From an uncultured Planctomycetota bacterium (GTDB lineage: Bacteria; Planctomycetota; Planctomycetia; Isosphaerales; Isosphaeraceae), in contig CAWGMQ010000006.1 in assembly GCA_963823665.1 (NCBI GenBank), positions 640,001 through 704,000 of the forward strand: a DNA stretch of 64,000 bases. The letters run 5' to 3'. The notes under the pieces are model-generated. The model ran no database searches. It was not told the origin of the DNA and was given only the letters and a program-made list of their open reading frames with translations. Positions 48,632-59,321 of the stretch are shown here, in pieces (position 1 is the first letter of the stretch; every line of letters starts with the position of its first letter). The translations under genes and the position numbers were made by a program.

Positions 48632-49897
48632 TCACCACACGTCTGATTCCTCGTACTGGACGGGTGACTTCCCGTGCTTTTCGATAATGCGCGGAGCCTT
48701 GGCCTTCCCGCCGGGCGGGTCGACACGTTCGAGCTTGACTGAAAAATGCCATTCATCGCCGAAGTCGTAGAGCAGCTCCATGGATTGGCCGGGCTCGAGG
48801 GGCAACGAGCCGATTGAGACCTGGTCGGTCCAGGGCCCTTCCTCGACCGCTGGGTGATTGATCGTGCAAGTTGCTCCCAGGCGATCGCGGTAAGAGAATT
48901 CGTACAAGTGATCGTCGTCGAAGTTAACTGAGCGCAGGATCATGCTCACGAGGTCTTCGAGCGTGGCATCGGCGGGCATGGCGATCAAACGCCAGCAGAT
49001 CCTGCCCAGGGAAACGCGGAAGATGAAGGTGCCGTCGCGCGGCTCGATTTCTGGCAATTCGAGGTTTTGCTGCCATTCCGGAAAATAGGGCTGGAAAAGC
49101 GGCTGCCAGGCGCCGAAGCGAGCCGGGTTCGGCGTTTCAGCAGGATCGTCTTCATTTTCTTGCATCGGATGCAATTCGTCTGAGAAGACGTTGACGCGAG
49201 ATGCGATGAAGGCCAAGGCCGCATCGCCGAATGGAGTGTGGTCGACGCCGGCCGGTTTCCAGGTGCCCGTGGACGTGCGCGGTTGGGCGACTGACAAGAG
49301 GCCGAACAGATCCATCAGGGCGACGTGGTAAAGATCTCCAACGCTCCCCATTACGTACACTTCCTCCGGCTTGATACCTTCGAAGCGATGTCCTTTCGCA
49401 GGAAGATTGCGCCAGACCGAGAGACAGTTCAACAGGAGTGGTTCCTGGCGGCGCCCGCGGTCGCCAACCATCTCCGCGCGGCCGAGGCGGAGCCAGGACT
49501 CGAGCAGGTTGAAGTACTGCTCGACGGTGTTGAGGGCGTTCCACTGCACGAGCATCGACGGCTCGACGATGAGCCTCGCCTTCGCGTTAGCACCTTCGAC
49601 GATCACGATGCCCGAGGCGCGAAGTAGGAGATTGAGCCCTTGCAAGTAGGGGTGAGACCGAAGCTGCGGCCGCGCCAAGGCGAGATTCAAGGGCCGGCTC
49701 AGCCGGCCGTCCAGCTCGCCGATGAGTTTGAGCGGGAGCAAGTTGTATTTCCCGCCTGACTCGATCCCCTCGCGGCCGATGAAATCGAGCAGCATCCGGA
49801 AATCGCGCAAGACCGTACCGGGCTCGGTGTCGGTGATGACCTGGGCTTGCAGGCGTTTTTCATGGTCCCTTGTGAAGTCCTTTTCTCTCATCATCAT
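48632..49897 (-). CDS. pRiA4b ORF-3 family protein
   Basis: C-terminal WRLI.MPADATLEDL...FDDDHLYEF...LYDFGDEWHF.V.LE motif. Confidence 0.85.
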   Translation of the reverse strand: MMMREKDFTRDHEKRLQAQVITDTEPGTVLRDFRMLLDFIGREGIESGGKYNLLPLKLIGELDGRLSRPLNLALARPQLRSHPYLQGLNLLLRASGIVIVEGANAKARLIVEPSMLVQWNALNTVEQYFNLLESWLRLGRAEMVGDRGRRQEPLLLNCLSVWRNLPAKGHRFEGIKPEEVYVMGSVGDLYHVALMDLFGLLSVAQPRTSTGTWKPAGVDHTPFGDAALAFIASRVNVFSDELHPMQENEDDPAETPNPARFGAWQPLFQPYFPEWQQNLELPEIEPRDGTFIFRVSLGRICWRLIAMPADATLEDLVSMILRSVNFDDDHLYEFSYRDRLGATCTINHPAVEEGPWTDQVSIGSLPLEPGQSMELLYDFGDEWHFSVKLERVDPPGGKAKAPRIIEKHGKSPVQYEESDVW

Positions 49898-50259
49898 GAT
49901 GATTCATCCCGGATTGAGGTTCTCGAGTAGGACGATTTCCCACCTGGTCGACGAATGGATTGCAGTCAGCCTTGATCGCGGTTGGCCCTCGATCAACAGG
50001 ATTGACCTCGTTTTGGTCTTGTAGTCTTCCTGTACTCGCTTTTCAATACCAACACGGGTCGTTGACTCATCTCCACACACATTTCACCACCACGTCCGGC
50101 TCGTCCGGTTCAGGCAGCTTCGACATCACGTCGTTTTCCGGCACACGCTTCGTCGCCAAGCTTCAGTCGCGCAGTTAGCGGACGGACGGGCCAGTCGGAA
50201 AGACGGCCGGCGCTGAAAAGCCGCAAATGCCTCGCCCGACGCGAGTTAAGGCGTGATCT

Positions 50260-50328
50260 CAACATTTCTTGCGCGATCGTGTCGGGTAGAAACATCGAGT
50301 GGCAATTAGCTTGTAGACCGCGACCGAG
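50260..50328 (+). promoter_or_regulatory. 69-bp conserved intergenic element, copy B, with sigma54-like TGGCAA-TTAGC-TTGTA
   Basis: Homologous to 43992-44060; about 300 bp upstream of a LEPR-XLL gene. Confidence 0.6.
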
Positions 50329-50627
50329 ACGAGACGAGCGACTTTAGCCGGAATGATCGGTCCGGATCGGGCGCTCTAGACACTGACCAGGGCGGCTGAT
50401 CGTCATGTGCGGGCGTTCCCTCCCTGATCCCGCGGGGATGGCATTTGCCAGTCTCCCAGCAACCCCCGCGGGTTTCCGCTTTCAACGGCAATACACGACC
50501 TGCCCCGAGCAGACGGGGCCGGCGCGCGAAGCATCGATCCCGGTGTTTTTCCATGCGTCCGCGTGGGCCGGGACGTGATTGTTCACGATCCGTGCACAGA
50601 TGATTTTTCTACCTTGGAGATGATCAC

Positions 50628-51725
50628 ATGCAGTTAAACAAGCGATCCACACGTAAGCGAAGTGTTCGCCCGGCCGTCGACTCGCTCGAAGGGCGCGCAC
50701 TCCTGAGTACCATCATGCCGCACCACGTCGAGGACATGCGAGTCTCGGCGCACGTGCTCGACGTCAAGCACCACGGCGCCCGCAGGCGCAGAAGCACGCT
50801 CCGAGCATCGTCCTGTTGAACAAGACCACGTTCCGCGGCTTCCAGTTTACGAACGTCAACGGACCGAACGCCGGCACCAACGCGGCCGCCGGCACGAACT
50901 TCAACGGAATCTCGAACAACGGCAATTCAGTCGGCTTCGATATCGAGAACAACGGCGACTTCAGCAACTTCGAGGCCAACCCGCTGAAAACTCGTTCGGC
51001 CAATGTGCTGAATCTCGGCTCAACCGCCGCGAATGCGTTCGGAGTTAACTCCTCCGGCACGGTGGTCGGCACTGACGGCAACGGCAATGCGTTTTATCTG
51101 AATAAGGGCAAGCTGCACACGTTCATCCCCAACGGCGGCATGTCGGCGGTGGCCTTCGGGATCAACGACCACGGCACGATTGTCGGTCAGTACGTGACGT
51201 CGACCGCGACACCGGGGTTCGTCCGGGTTAACGGCAACACATTCCTCACGATCAATGCTCCGTCCGGGCCCAACACCGTCAATGTGCAGAGCATCAACAA
51301 CCACGGGCTGATCGTGGGGTTCTATGTCGGCACGGACGGCCAGGACCATGGCTTCATCGCGACACGAGAACAGCGCGGTGAACGGTGTGATCACGGCCAC
51401 GCCGGTCGCGGACCCGGTCATTCCAACTGTGCCCGGTGAGCCAGGCGCCACATTCGTTTTCTCGCAGATACTCTCGGTCAACGATAAAGGGATCGCCGTG
51501 GGCTACTACGGCGACTCCACCACCAGTCAGCACGGATTCTTCTACAACACCAACACAGGGCAGTACACGTTCCTGGATGATCCGAACGCGGCGTTTTCGG
51601 GCGGCGTGGAGGTGACGCAGATCACGGGTATCACCAATTCGGGCGAGATCACGGGCTTCTATTCCGATGCCAATGGCGTGTTTCACGGGTTCGACGCCAC
51701 GATTGCGAAAGGAGGGCACAGCTAG
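50628..51725 (+). CDS. LEPR-XLL-leader extracellular protein with beta-propeller-like (GIN.G.IVG) repeats; frameshifts near 50790 and 51365
   Basis: VRPAVDSLEGRALLS leader; repeats GISNNGNSVG, GVNSSGTVVG, GINDHGTIVG, SINNHGLIVG, SVNDKGIAVG, GITNSGEITG across three ORFs. Confidence 0.8.
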
Positions 51726-51771
51726 ATCGTTCCGCCTCGGGAAATCGATTCTGTGACGGAGCCTCTGGGCG

Positions 51772-51805
51772 AGGCACGGACAGGAAACTGTCCGTGCCTT
51801 TTTTT
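51772..51805 (+). terminator. Intrinsic terminator
   Basis: AGGCACGGACAG-GAAA-CTGTCCGTGCCT perfect stem followed by a T-run, between convergent genes. Confidence 0.85.
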
Positions 51806-51807
51806 GC

Positions 51808-52269
51808 CTATTTGACGAACCAGACGGCCGAGATCTTGCCATCTTTCACTCGATAGATGGCGACGGCGGTGAACTTTCGGCCGCCGCCGCTTACCTCCTC
51901 GTGATCAATGACGTAATCGCCCTGGACGATGCGCTTGGCGATTTTGGCCTTTCGATCGGGCTCACGCTCGAAGAGCTTGCCATAAGTCTTCCGCATGGCA
52001 TCAAGGCCCGATGACAATTCCTTGTCTGGAAAATCGTAAAGCTTGATCTCTGCGGAGTAGGTTTTCAAAAAGGCATCGACGTCGTGGCGGTTGTACGCCT
52101 CGAGTTGTTCCTGGACGATCTTCTCGGATTCCGAGACTGGGGGAGTGGCCGGGTCTTCCTTCCGGGACTGCTGGCCCGCGGCGACAAAGGCTCCGAGCAG
52201 CGCGACGAACGCCGGCGCGGATACACAGAACGCCATTCCCCTGAATGAGAGACCGGCACGTTTACGCAC
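51808..52269 (-). CDS. SnoaL/NTF2-like family protein with signal peptide
   Basis: VQEQLEAYNRHDVDAFLKTY...RIVQGDYVIDHE...AIYRVKDGKI. Confidence 0.88.
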   Translation of the reverse strand: MRKRAGLSFRGMAFCVSAPAFVALLGAFVAAGQQSRKEDPATPPVSESEKIVQEQLEAYNRHDVDAFLKTYSAEIKLYDFPDKELSSGLDAMRKTYGKLFEREPDRKAKIAKRIVQGDYVIDHEEVSGGGRKFTAVAIYRVKDGKISAVWFVK

Positions 52270-52325
52270 GGTTGAGCTCCTGAAGTGCAGAGACGGGATT
52301 CAAAATGAAGCTTGAGCCCGGTCGG

Positions 52326-52920
52326 TCACGTTGTGCCTGATGTTCCCTGACCGCTGCGGATGAAGTAGCGGCGCACATAGAGCAGATAGCCCAGCCACGC
52401 GGCCCCGCTCACCATGCCCATCCACGGTGCGGCGTGAGACACCGATTCGACCACGCCCGACTTCCGTATCATCTCCAACTGGTCGGCCGGCATCTGCATC
52501 TTCTCGTACATCTTCATCAGATTGGTCTCCGAAAAGGTGACAACCATATTCAAGATTCCCGCGATGAAGAGCAGCAGTGTCCCCCACCAGGCGGCCATTT
52601 GCAGCCGATACGTGCCCCAGGCACAACTGAACGGTCAAGGTCCAGGCCCAGCGCCGGGCGCGGGCCAAGCCGATCCCCAGCCAAATGAACGCCACGGCCA
52701 ACGGCAGGTAGAACACCATGACCGGGATCATCATCTGCCTATTCATCGCCTGGCCGTTCGGCGCTTGAGCCATCGGCCCCAGCAAGTAGACGGCGACCAT
52801 CAACGCGGCCATCAGCCCGCAGAGGCAACCGAGCAAGACCTGAAAGACTCCGACGAGCATCAACCTTGTGCTTCGATCGGGATACATAGGCGCAGCGGCC
52901 GGTGGTTGGGAATTGAACAC
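52326..52920 (-). pseudogene. Multi-pass membrane protein, frameshifted or internally deleted near 52625
   Basis: DRSTRLMLVGVFQVLLG...GIGLARARRWAWTL in one frame; ...AAWWGTLL...GYLLYVRRYF in another. Confidence 0.6.
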
Positions 52921-52933
52921 GCTGGGTGCCCCC

Positions 52934-53203
52934 TTAAGGTTTCTTGCCCGAGGTGTTCGTGAGCTGTGTTTGCGTCTTGCCGTCGGTGGAAAGCAGCCAC
53001 AGGTTGGAGGAGCTTTCGTCCTTGTTGAGATCCCAGGTTGTGACATCGACCACGCACGTAAGGCCGTCGGGCGATACCGACGGTAAACCGACGCGCTTAA
53101 CCTTCCGGAGGTCCTCAGCCGTCATGGGCAGGCGCTGGGGCGAATCGCCGGCGCGGGCGGAAAGGACCATCAGGATCGCGGTAACGAAGGCGATCGATTT
53201 CAT
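52934..53203 (-). pseudogene. N-terminal fragment of an S9-family (acylaminoacyl/dipeptidyl) peptidase
   Basis: Signal peptide + MTAEDL.KVKRVG.PSVSPDG...NLWLLSTDG..QTQLT, then a stop after ~89 aa. Confidence 0.75.
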
Positions 53204-53418
53204 GTTGATGATCCTGCCTGGGGACGATGGTTCGGTCATGCGCTCCATGAGCGGCGGAAGAGATAGCAGAACCGCGGGTGTCGCGGGTTGCAAGGCAAAT
53301 CTGAGATGAGTGACGACCGTTTTTCGGCCGGGGCTTGCAATCGAAGAACGGAGGGGTTAGTCGTGGCGTTCGTCGCGGTGAAGTTCCATCAGACCAGGCG
53401 GTGCCCGGAGGCGAACGG

Positions 53419-54459
53419 ATGGCTGCGTGCGCAGCATGCGGAAAGAATATCTTGGTGGGTGCTGTCAAGGACGGGGAGACCCGGTATTGCAGCCAGACTT
53501 GCCGGGGGAATGTGTTTATCGAGCGGTTCGGTTCCGCGCTCGAGCGTGCCACCGCTCTCAACGCCGAGCCCATCCCCGCTACGCAATCTTCGTCGACGGC
53601 GAGCGAGGGCAGGGAGGCGAACGCTGATTCGGACCCGATCGCTCGCGGAGCCGGTGAGCTTGGCGTCAGCGGACTTGGGCTCGCAGTCGGAGCAACTGTT
53701 GTCGCCCTGATCTGGTTCATCCATGAGAAGGTGAATTATCCGTTCTTTGCGCAGACCGTCTGGTTCGTGATTCCGATCGGGGCGTTCTGCTGCGGAATGG
53801 CGGCTGGGTTGGGGTTCTTTCTGGGAATTCGCGTCTTCAACCGGCGCCCTTCGATTCTCACTTTCGTTGTGGCGGGGCTCAGCGGGCTCGCGGGCTATGT
53901 CCTGATTTTTGGATTGACCTGGTGGTTTGATGAAGTCGGTGGATTGAAGGTGCGCGACATGGTGCCGTTTCCGCAATTTCTGCAAGCCGTGGTGGAGAAT
54001 CAGCGTGTCCAGTTCCGGCACGGCGGCCCGATCGATCTGGGGAAGTGGGGCTACGGCCGGTTCGTGATCAACCTGGCGGGCTTTGCCTGCGGGGTAATGG
54101 CCACGGTAGCGATTGCGGCTGGCAAGGAGTACTGCACGCGGTGTGGGAGGTACCTGACGACCGTGGGCTCGCAGACGCGAACATCGTCAGACCCGGAGGC
54201 GACGGCGCAGGGGATCGCGACGTTGATCGCGAGAGTGAACGCGGGTCGCATTCAAGACGCGCTCGACTTGCACGCCGCCTGGGACTCGAGCGATCGGACC
54301 GGGTTTGTCACCACCAAGATTGCGGTCGAAACGTGCACCGGCTGCGGCATGCACCTCGGGACGCTGACCGCGGTTAGCAAAAGCGACAACAATGTCGCGC
54401 CCGTGATCTCGCTCAAACTCCAGGGACGCACGAACGAACGCGTGCTTATTCCAGGGTGA
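53419..54459 (+). CDS. Membrane protein with CxxC zinc-ribbon motifs
   Basis: GGAGG RBS; CAAC..YCSQTC at the N-terminus; about four TMs; YCTRC and CTGC in the C-terminal part. Confidence 0.75.
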   Translation: MAACAACGKNILVGAVKDGETRYCSQTCRGNVFIERFGSALERATALNAEPIPATQSSSTASEGREANADSDPIARGAGELGVSGLGLAVGATVVALIWFIHEKVNYPFFAQTVWFVIPIGAFCCGMAAGLGFFLGIRVFNRRPSILTFVVAGLSGLAGYVLIFGLTWWFDEVGGLKVRDMVPFPQFLQAVVENQRVQFRHGGPIDLGKWGYGRFVINLAGFACGVMATVAIAAGKEYCTRCGRYLTTVGSQTRTSSDPEATAQGIATLIARVNAGRIQDALDLHAAWDSSDRTGFVTTKIAVETCTGCGMHLGTLTAVSKSDNNVAPVISLKLQGRTNERVLIPG

Positions 54460-54754
54460 GCCGTTCGAGGAGATCTGGCCCAGGCCGCGTCGTCGGGCGG
54501 GGGCTCGTCCGGTGGCCGGCAGCGGGTAAGCCTACTGACGGCCGCTGCGAAAACGTTCATTTCGTGTTGCTTTGCATGGACTTGCGGTCCGCCTGATGGC
54601 TGAACCCTGCGACCGTCAAATTGGTTTGGCGCTTCGACGGGTATAATTTGATAGTATTGTTGGCCCGGCGGAATTCCGGCCCGGCGACCGGCGTGCGAGT
54701 CGGTGCGCAGGCAGGGCGGTGGTGCCTGATCTTTCGAGAGGGACGCGGATAACG

Positions 54755-55528
54755 ATGGTAGAACAGCAAGTGACTGACAAACCGGTCAAAGAGCGAAAGC
54801 CGCAGGCGGCCAGGAAGCGCAGAGGTTTCTGGTCGGCGAATCCGATCGTTGTGCTCTGGGGCACGATGGTTGGCAAGAAGGTCGTGATGGCGGTGACCGG
54901 GGTGATCCTGGTCGGGTTCGTCATTGCGCACATGCTGGGCAACATCAAGATTTTCATTGGCGCGGATGTCTTCGACGCCTATGCAAAGTTCCTCCGAGAG
55001 TTCGGCGAGCCGCTCCTTCCTTATAGTGCGCTCTTGTGGACGGCGCGGGCGATTTTGCTGGCGAGCGCCGGCCTGCACATCTGGGCCGCCGTGGAGCTCA
55101 CGCTGATGAATCGCACAGCGCGGTTGACGGGATACGAAACCAAGAAGTCGGCCGCGGCTACCTTTGCTTCGCTCACGATGCGGTGGAGCGGAGTTCTTCT
55201 GGCCGTGTTCATCGTGTACCACCTGTTGCATCTGACGCTGGGTGTCGTGGGCTTCAATCGCGGCGAATTCCTGCACATGGAGGTCTACCGAAATGTGATC
55301 AACGGATTTTCCGTGTGGTATGTGTCTGTGTTTTACATCGTTTCGATGGCTGCGCTTTGCTTGCATCTGGACCACGGTGTCTGGAGTATGCTGCAAACTC
55401 TGGGCCTCAATGACGCCCGAAGCTCGAAGGTCTTGCGGATGATTTCGCGGGGAATCGCGGTCCTGGTGTTCACCGGCTTTATCTCGGTACCGGTCGCCGT
55501 GCTGGCGGGCTGGATTCGTAAGGAGTGA
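54755..55528 (+). CDS. sdhC: Succinate dehydrogenase cytochrome b558 subunit
   Basis: GKKVVMAVTG, HMLGN, LHI, YHLLHLT, LHLDHG haem-ligand motifs; first gene of the operon. Confidence 0.93.
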   Translation: MVEQQVTDKPVKERKPQAARKRRGFWSANPIVVLWGTMVGKKVVMAVTGVILVGFVIAHMLGNIKIFIGADVFDAYAKFLREFGEPLLPYSALLWTARAILLASAGLHIWAAVELTLMNRTARLTGYETKKSAAATFASLTMRWSGVLLAVFIVYHLLHLTLGVVGFNRGEFLHMEVYRNVINGFSVWYVSVFYIVSMAALCLHLDHGVWSMLQTLGLNDARSSKVLRMISRGIAVLVFTGFISVPVAVLAGWIRKE

Positions 55529-55531
55529 TCG

Positions 55532-57442
55532 ATGCTCGACGGGAAGGTCCCACCGGGACCAATCGAACAGAAGTGGGATCAGTTCCGCTTCGACATGAAG
55601 CTGGTAAGCCCGGCCAACCGGCGGAAGCACACCATCCTGGTTGTCGGCTCGGGGCTGGCCGGGGCCGCGGCTGCCGCCACGTTCGGCGAGCAGGGCTACC
55701 AGGTGCGGTGCTTTTCGTTTCATGACAGCCCGCGCCGTGCCCACTCAATCGCGGCACAGGGCGGAATCAACGCCGCCAAGAACTACCGGAACGACGGCGA
55801 CAGCGTGTTCCGGCTCTTTTACGACACGATCAAGGGGGGCGACTTTCGCGCTCGCGAGGCCAATGCCTACCGGCTGGCGCAGGTGAGCGTGAACATCATC
55901 GACCAGTGCGTTGCGCAGGGCGTGCCGTTCGCACGCGAGTACGGCGGCGTGCTGGCGACGCGCTCCTTCGGCGGCGTGCAGGTCGAGCGCACGTTTTATG
56001 CGCGCGGCCAGACGGGCCAGCAGTTGCTCTTGGGCGCCTACCAGGCGCTCGAGCGCCAGATTGCCGCGGGCAGCGTGACGATGCATTCTCACACCGAGAT
56101 GCTTGACCTGGTGGTGGCCGGGGGCAAGGCACGCGGCATCGTGACCCGCAACCTGAGAACCGGCGCGATCCGGTCGTATGCGGGCGACGCGGTCGTGCTG
56201 GCCACGGGTGGGTATGGCAACGTCTTCTACCTTTCCACCAATGCGAAGGCGTCGAACTGTACGGCGATCTGGCGGGCCTATCGCCGCGGCGCGTACCTGG
56301 CCAACCCGTGCTACACGCAGATTCACCCGACTTGCATTCCCGTAACAGGTGATCATCAGTCGAAACTGACACTCATGTCGGAATCGCTGCGCAACGACGG
56401 CCGGGTGTGGGTGCCCAAGAAGAAGGGGGATAGCCGGCGGCCCAACGACATCCCCGAGGATGAGCGAGATTATTACCTTGAGCGGCGCTATCCGAGCTTC
56501 GGCAATCTGGTGCCGCGCGACGTGGCGTCGCGGGCGGCCAAGGAGGTGTGCGACGAGGGGCGCGGGGTGGGCCCGGGCGGATATGGCGTGTATCTGGACT
56601 TCCAGGGCGCCATCGAGCGGCTGGGCCTGGACCAGATCCGTGAGAAGTATGGCAACCTGTTCGAGATCTATGAGCGGATCACGGGCGAGGATGCGTACCA
56701 CACTCCGATGCGAATCTACCCGGCCGTGCATTACACGATGGGGGGCCTCTGGGTGGATTACGAGCTGATGTCGAACATTCCGGGCCTCTTTGTCGCCGGC
56801 GAAGCCAACTTCTCGGACCAGGGAGCGAACCGACTGGGTGCCAGCGCGCTCATGCAGGGCCTGGCTGACGGTTACTTTATCTTGCCGTGCACGTTGCCCA
56901 ACTACCTGGCGAGCACGAAACTCGAGAAGCTCGATACGTCGCATTCGGCGTTTGCTCAGGTGGAGTCCGAGGTGCAAGGGCGGATCGACTCGCTGCTTGC
57001 GACCAAGGGCCGGCGAACGGTCGACAGCATCCACCGCGAGCTGGGCAAGCTGCTGTGGGATGATTGCGGCATGGCTCGCTCGGAGGCGAGCCTCAAGCAT
57101 GCGCTCGCGAAGATTCCCGAGCTTGCCCAGGAGTTCCGCACCAATCTGCGTGTGCTGGGAAGTGCGCGGGAGCTCAATCAGTCGCTCGAGAAAGCCGGCC
57201 GCCTCGCTGATTTCCTGGAGCTGGCCGAGCTGATGTGCATCGACGCCCTGCAGCGAAACGAGTCGTGCGGCGGGCACTATCGCGTGGAGAGCCAGACTCC
57301 CGAGGGCGAGGCCCGGCGCGATGACGAGAACTTCTCCTACGTCGCGGCCTGGGAGTACACGGGCGCGGGGAACGCACCGGCTCTTCACAAGGAGCCGCTG
57401 GCATTCGAATACGTTCACTTGATGCAACGGAGCTACAAGTAA
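55532..57442 (+). CDS. sdhA: Succinate dehydrogenase/fumarate reductase flavoprotein subunit
   Basis: [42 protein letters not shown]. Confidence 0.97.
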   Translation: MLDGKVPPGPIEQKWDQFRFDMKLVSPANRRKHTILVVGSGLAGAAAAATFGEQGYQVRCFSFHDSPRRAHSIAAQGGINAAKNYRNDGDSVFRLFYDTIKGGDFRAREANAYRLAQVSVNIIDQCVAQGVPFAREYGGVLATRSFGGVQVERTFYARGQTGQQLLLGAYQALERQIAAGSVTMHSHTEMLDLVVAGGKARGIVTRNLRTGAIRSYAGDAVVLATGGYGNVFYLSTNAKASNCTAIWRAYRRGAYLANPCYTQIHPTCIPVTGDHQSKLTLMSESLRNDGRVWVPKKKGDSRRPNDIPEDERDYYLERRYPSFGNLVPRDVASRAAKEVCDEGRGVGPGGYGVYLDFQGAIERLGLDQIREKYGNLFEIYERITGEDAYHTPMRIYPAVHYTMGGLWVDYELMSNIPGLFVAGEANFSDQGANRLGASALMQGLADGYFILPCTLPNYLASTKLEKLDTSHSAFAQVESEVQGRIDSLLATKGRRTVDSIHRELGKLLWDDCGMARSEASLKHALAKIPELAQEFRTNLRVLGSARELNQSLEKAGRLADFLELAELMCIDALQRNESCGGHYRVESQTPEGEARRDDENFSYVAAWEYTGAGNAPALHKEPLAFEYVHLMQRSYK

Positions 57443-57444
57443 TC

Positions 57445-58242
57445 ATGAACCTGACTCTCAAGATCTGGCGCCAGAAAGACGGGCAATCGGCGGGCAAGTT
57501 CGTCACGTACGAGGCGAAGGGCGTGACCACGGACATGTCGTTCCTCGAGATGCTCGACGTATTGAACGAAGAGCTGATCGGCCGGGGTGAAGATCCGGTG
57601 GCGTTTGACCACGATTGCCGCGAGGGAATCTGCGGGTCATGCGGTTTCCTGATCAACGGCGTCGCGCACGGCCCTCGCAAGGGCACCACTGTGTGCCAGC
57701 TTCACATGCGGTTTTTCAAGGACGGCGATTCCTTGACGCTTGAGCCGTGGCGCGCCAAGGCGTTTCCGATCATCAAGGACCTGGTGGTCGATCGCTCAGC
57801 GTTTGACCGGATCGTCCAGGCGGGTGGATATATCTCGGTTCACACCGGAGGGGCTCCGGATGCGAGCGTCGTGCTGGTGCCGAAGGAAGCGGCGGATACG
57901 GCCATGGACGCGGCGGCTTGTATTGGCTGTGCGGCCTGTGTGGCTGCGTGCCCGAATGCCTCGGCCATGCTCTTCACCGCGGCCAAGGCCACGCACCTGA
58001 ACGTGCTGCCGCAGGGCGGGCCGGAGCGGGACGAGCGCACGCTGAACATGGTGGCGGCGATGGAGCGGGAGGAATTTGGAAGCTGCACGAATCACGCGGA
58101 GTGCGAGGCGGTGTGCCCGAAGGAAATCCCGCTCGAGTTCATCGCGCGGTTGAACCGCGATCTGCTTCGGGCCGTGTTCCGGCCTCGCAGGGAGCCGCTT
58201 GCCGTCCTGGGGATGTTACAGGCTCCGGCGGATGAGGAGTAG
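57445..58242 (+). CDS. sdhB: Succinate dehydrogenase/fumarate reductase iron-sulfur subunit
   Basis: [33 protein letters not shown]. Confidence 0.97.
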   Translation: MNLTLKIWRQKDGQSAGKFVTYEAKGVTTDMSFLEMLDVLNEELIGRGEDPVAFDHDCREGICGSCGFLINGVAHGPRKGTTVCQLHMRFFKDGDSLTLEPWRAKAFPIIKDLVVDRSAFDRIVQAGGYISVHTGGAPDASVVLVPKEAADTAMDAAACIGCAACVAACPNASAMLFTAAKATHLNVLPQGGPERDERTLNMVAAMEREEFGSCTNHAECEAVCPKEIPLEFIARLNRDLLRAVFRPRREPLAVLGMLQAPADEE

Positions 58243-58243
58243 C

Positions 58244-58702
58244 TTAGTCTTTCTTTGCCCACTTGATGTAGTAGAAGACGATCGGCTCGCTGCCCGTGTT
58301 GGTGATGCCGTGGGAGGCGTTAGGGGTGGTGTACATCACGGAGCCGGGGCCGACCTTGGTGGTCTTGCCGTCGCAGAAGATCTCGCCGCGTCCGCTCTCG
58401 ATGATCATGACTTCTTCTTCGACGTGCGTGTGCGGCGCATGAGGCGACTTGCCGGGCTCGAGGATGAACCGGCCGGTGGCAAATTTAGTGGAGGCCGGCG
58501 TGTCGCCTGATAGGTAGACGCCGTTCTTGCCGACGAGCTCGTCCTTGTCTTTGAAGCTCGCCATCTCGAGCTGGTCGAGGTTGATGGTGCCGGAGGCGAC
58601 TTCCTTCGCGCGTTCGAAGGCGAACGCGACCTCGCGGTATGACCAACCGGCTGCCAGGACCAGTGCCAGTGCAGCGAATCCCCAGCGCTTGAAGAATTGC
58701 AT
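58244..58702 (-). CDS. Cupin domain protein with signal peptide
   Basis: GAGGAG RBS; PHAPHTHVEEE...G.G and PNASHG cupin motifs. Confidence 0.88.
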   Translation of the reverse strand: MQFFKRWGFAALALVLAAGWSYREVAFAFERAKEVASGTINLDQLEMASFKDKDELVGKNGVYLSGDTPASTKFATGRFILEPGKSPHAPHTHVEEEVMIIESGRGEIFCDGKTTKVGPGSVMYTTPNASHGITNTGSEPIVFYYIKWAKKD

Positions 58703-59321
58703 CGTTTGCTCTCCTCGGATGAAGCGGTCACGATTCATGCCAGATCAGGAAGAGCGTATTATACGCGATGCGCGGGCGCGCCCCAGAAGCCAGCGGACGA
58801 GAAACCTAGCGACGGTTGCGTCGCGTGAGGCCAAGCAACATGACAGCCAAACCGAGGCTCCATGCCAGGATCGCCGAAGGCTCCGCCACCGCGGCAAAGC
58901 TCAATCCGCCGAGATTCAAGAACTCGCCGCTGACAGCGTCGCCCTTGGGCTCGAGGAGAAAGGATGAGATCGGCTGAGCGGAGAACGCGGTCGAGATATT
59001 GAACGTGGGTAGTGGGCGACTGGATGGGATCAGATGGCGTCGGCCCGAAGCCCGTTGGGTAAGCCCGCGAGAATCGCGAGACCGAAGGCACGCCGCGCCA
59101 GAAGATTCGAAGTGGAAATCGGCCTCATTGGTGGCTCCATCCGGCAGAGTGGTCGCTTGAAGCCGGCGTCATGCTGCGCTCGTAAGATTATCCCGGGATC
59201 GGGATTTCGTAAAGGCGAGGCGATGGCCATCGGGTATACTGGTCTGGCACACCGGGACGCGAATCCCGCACTGGGCGATGCGTCGAGAGTCCGAATCCGG
59301 ATCGATGTCCGAGGAGTTCGT

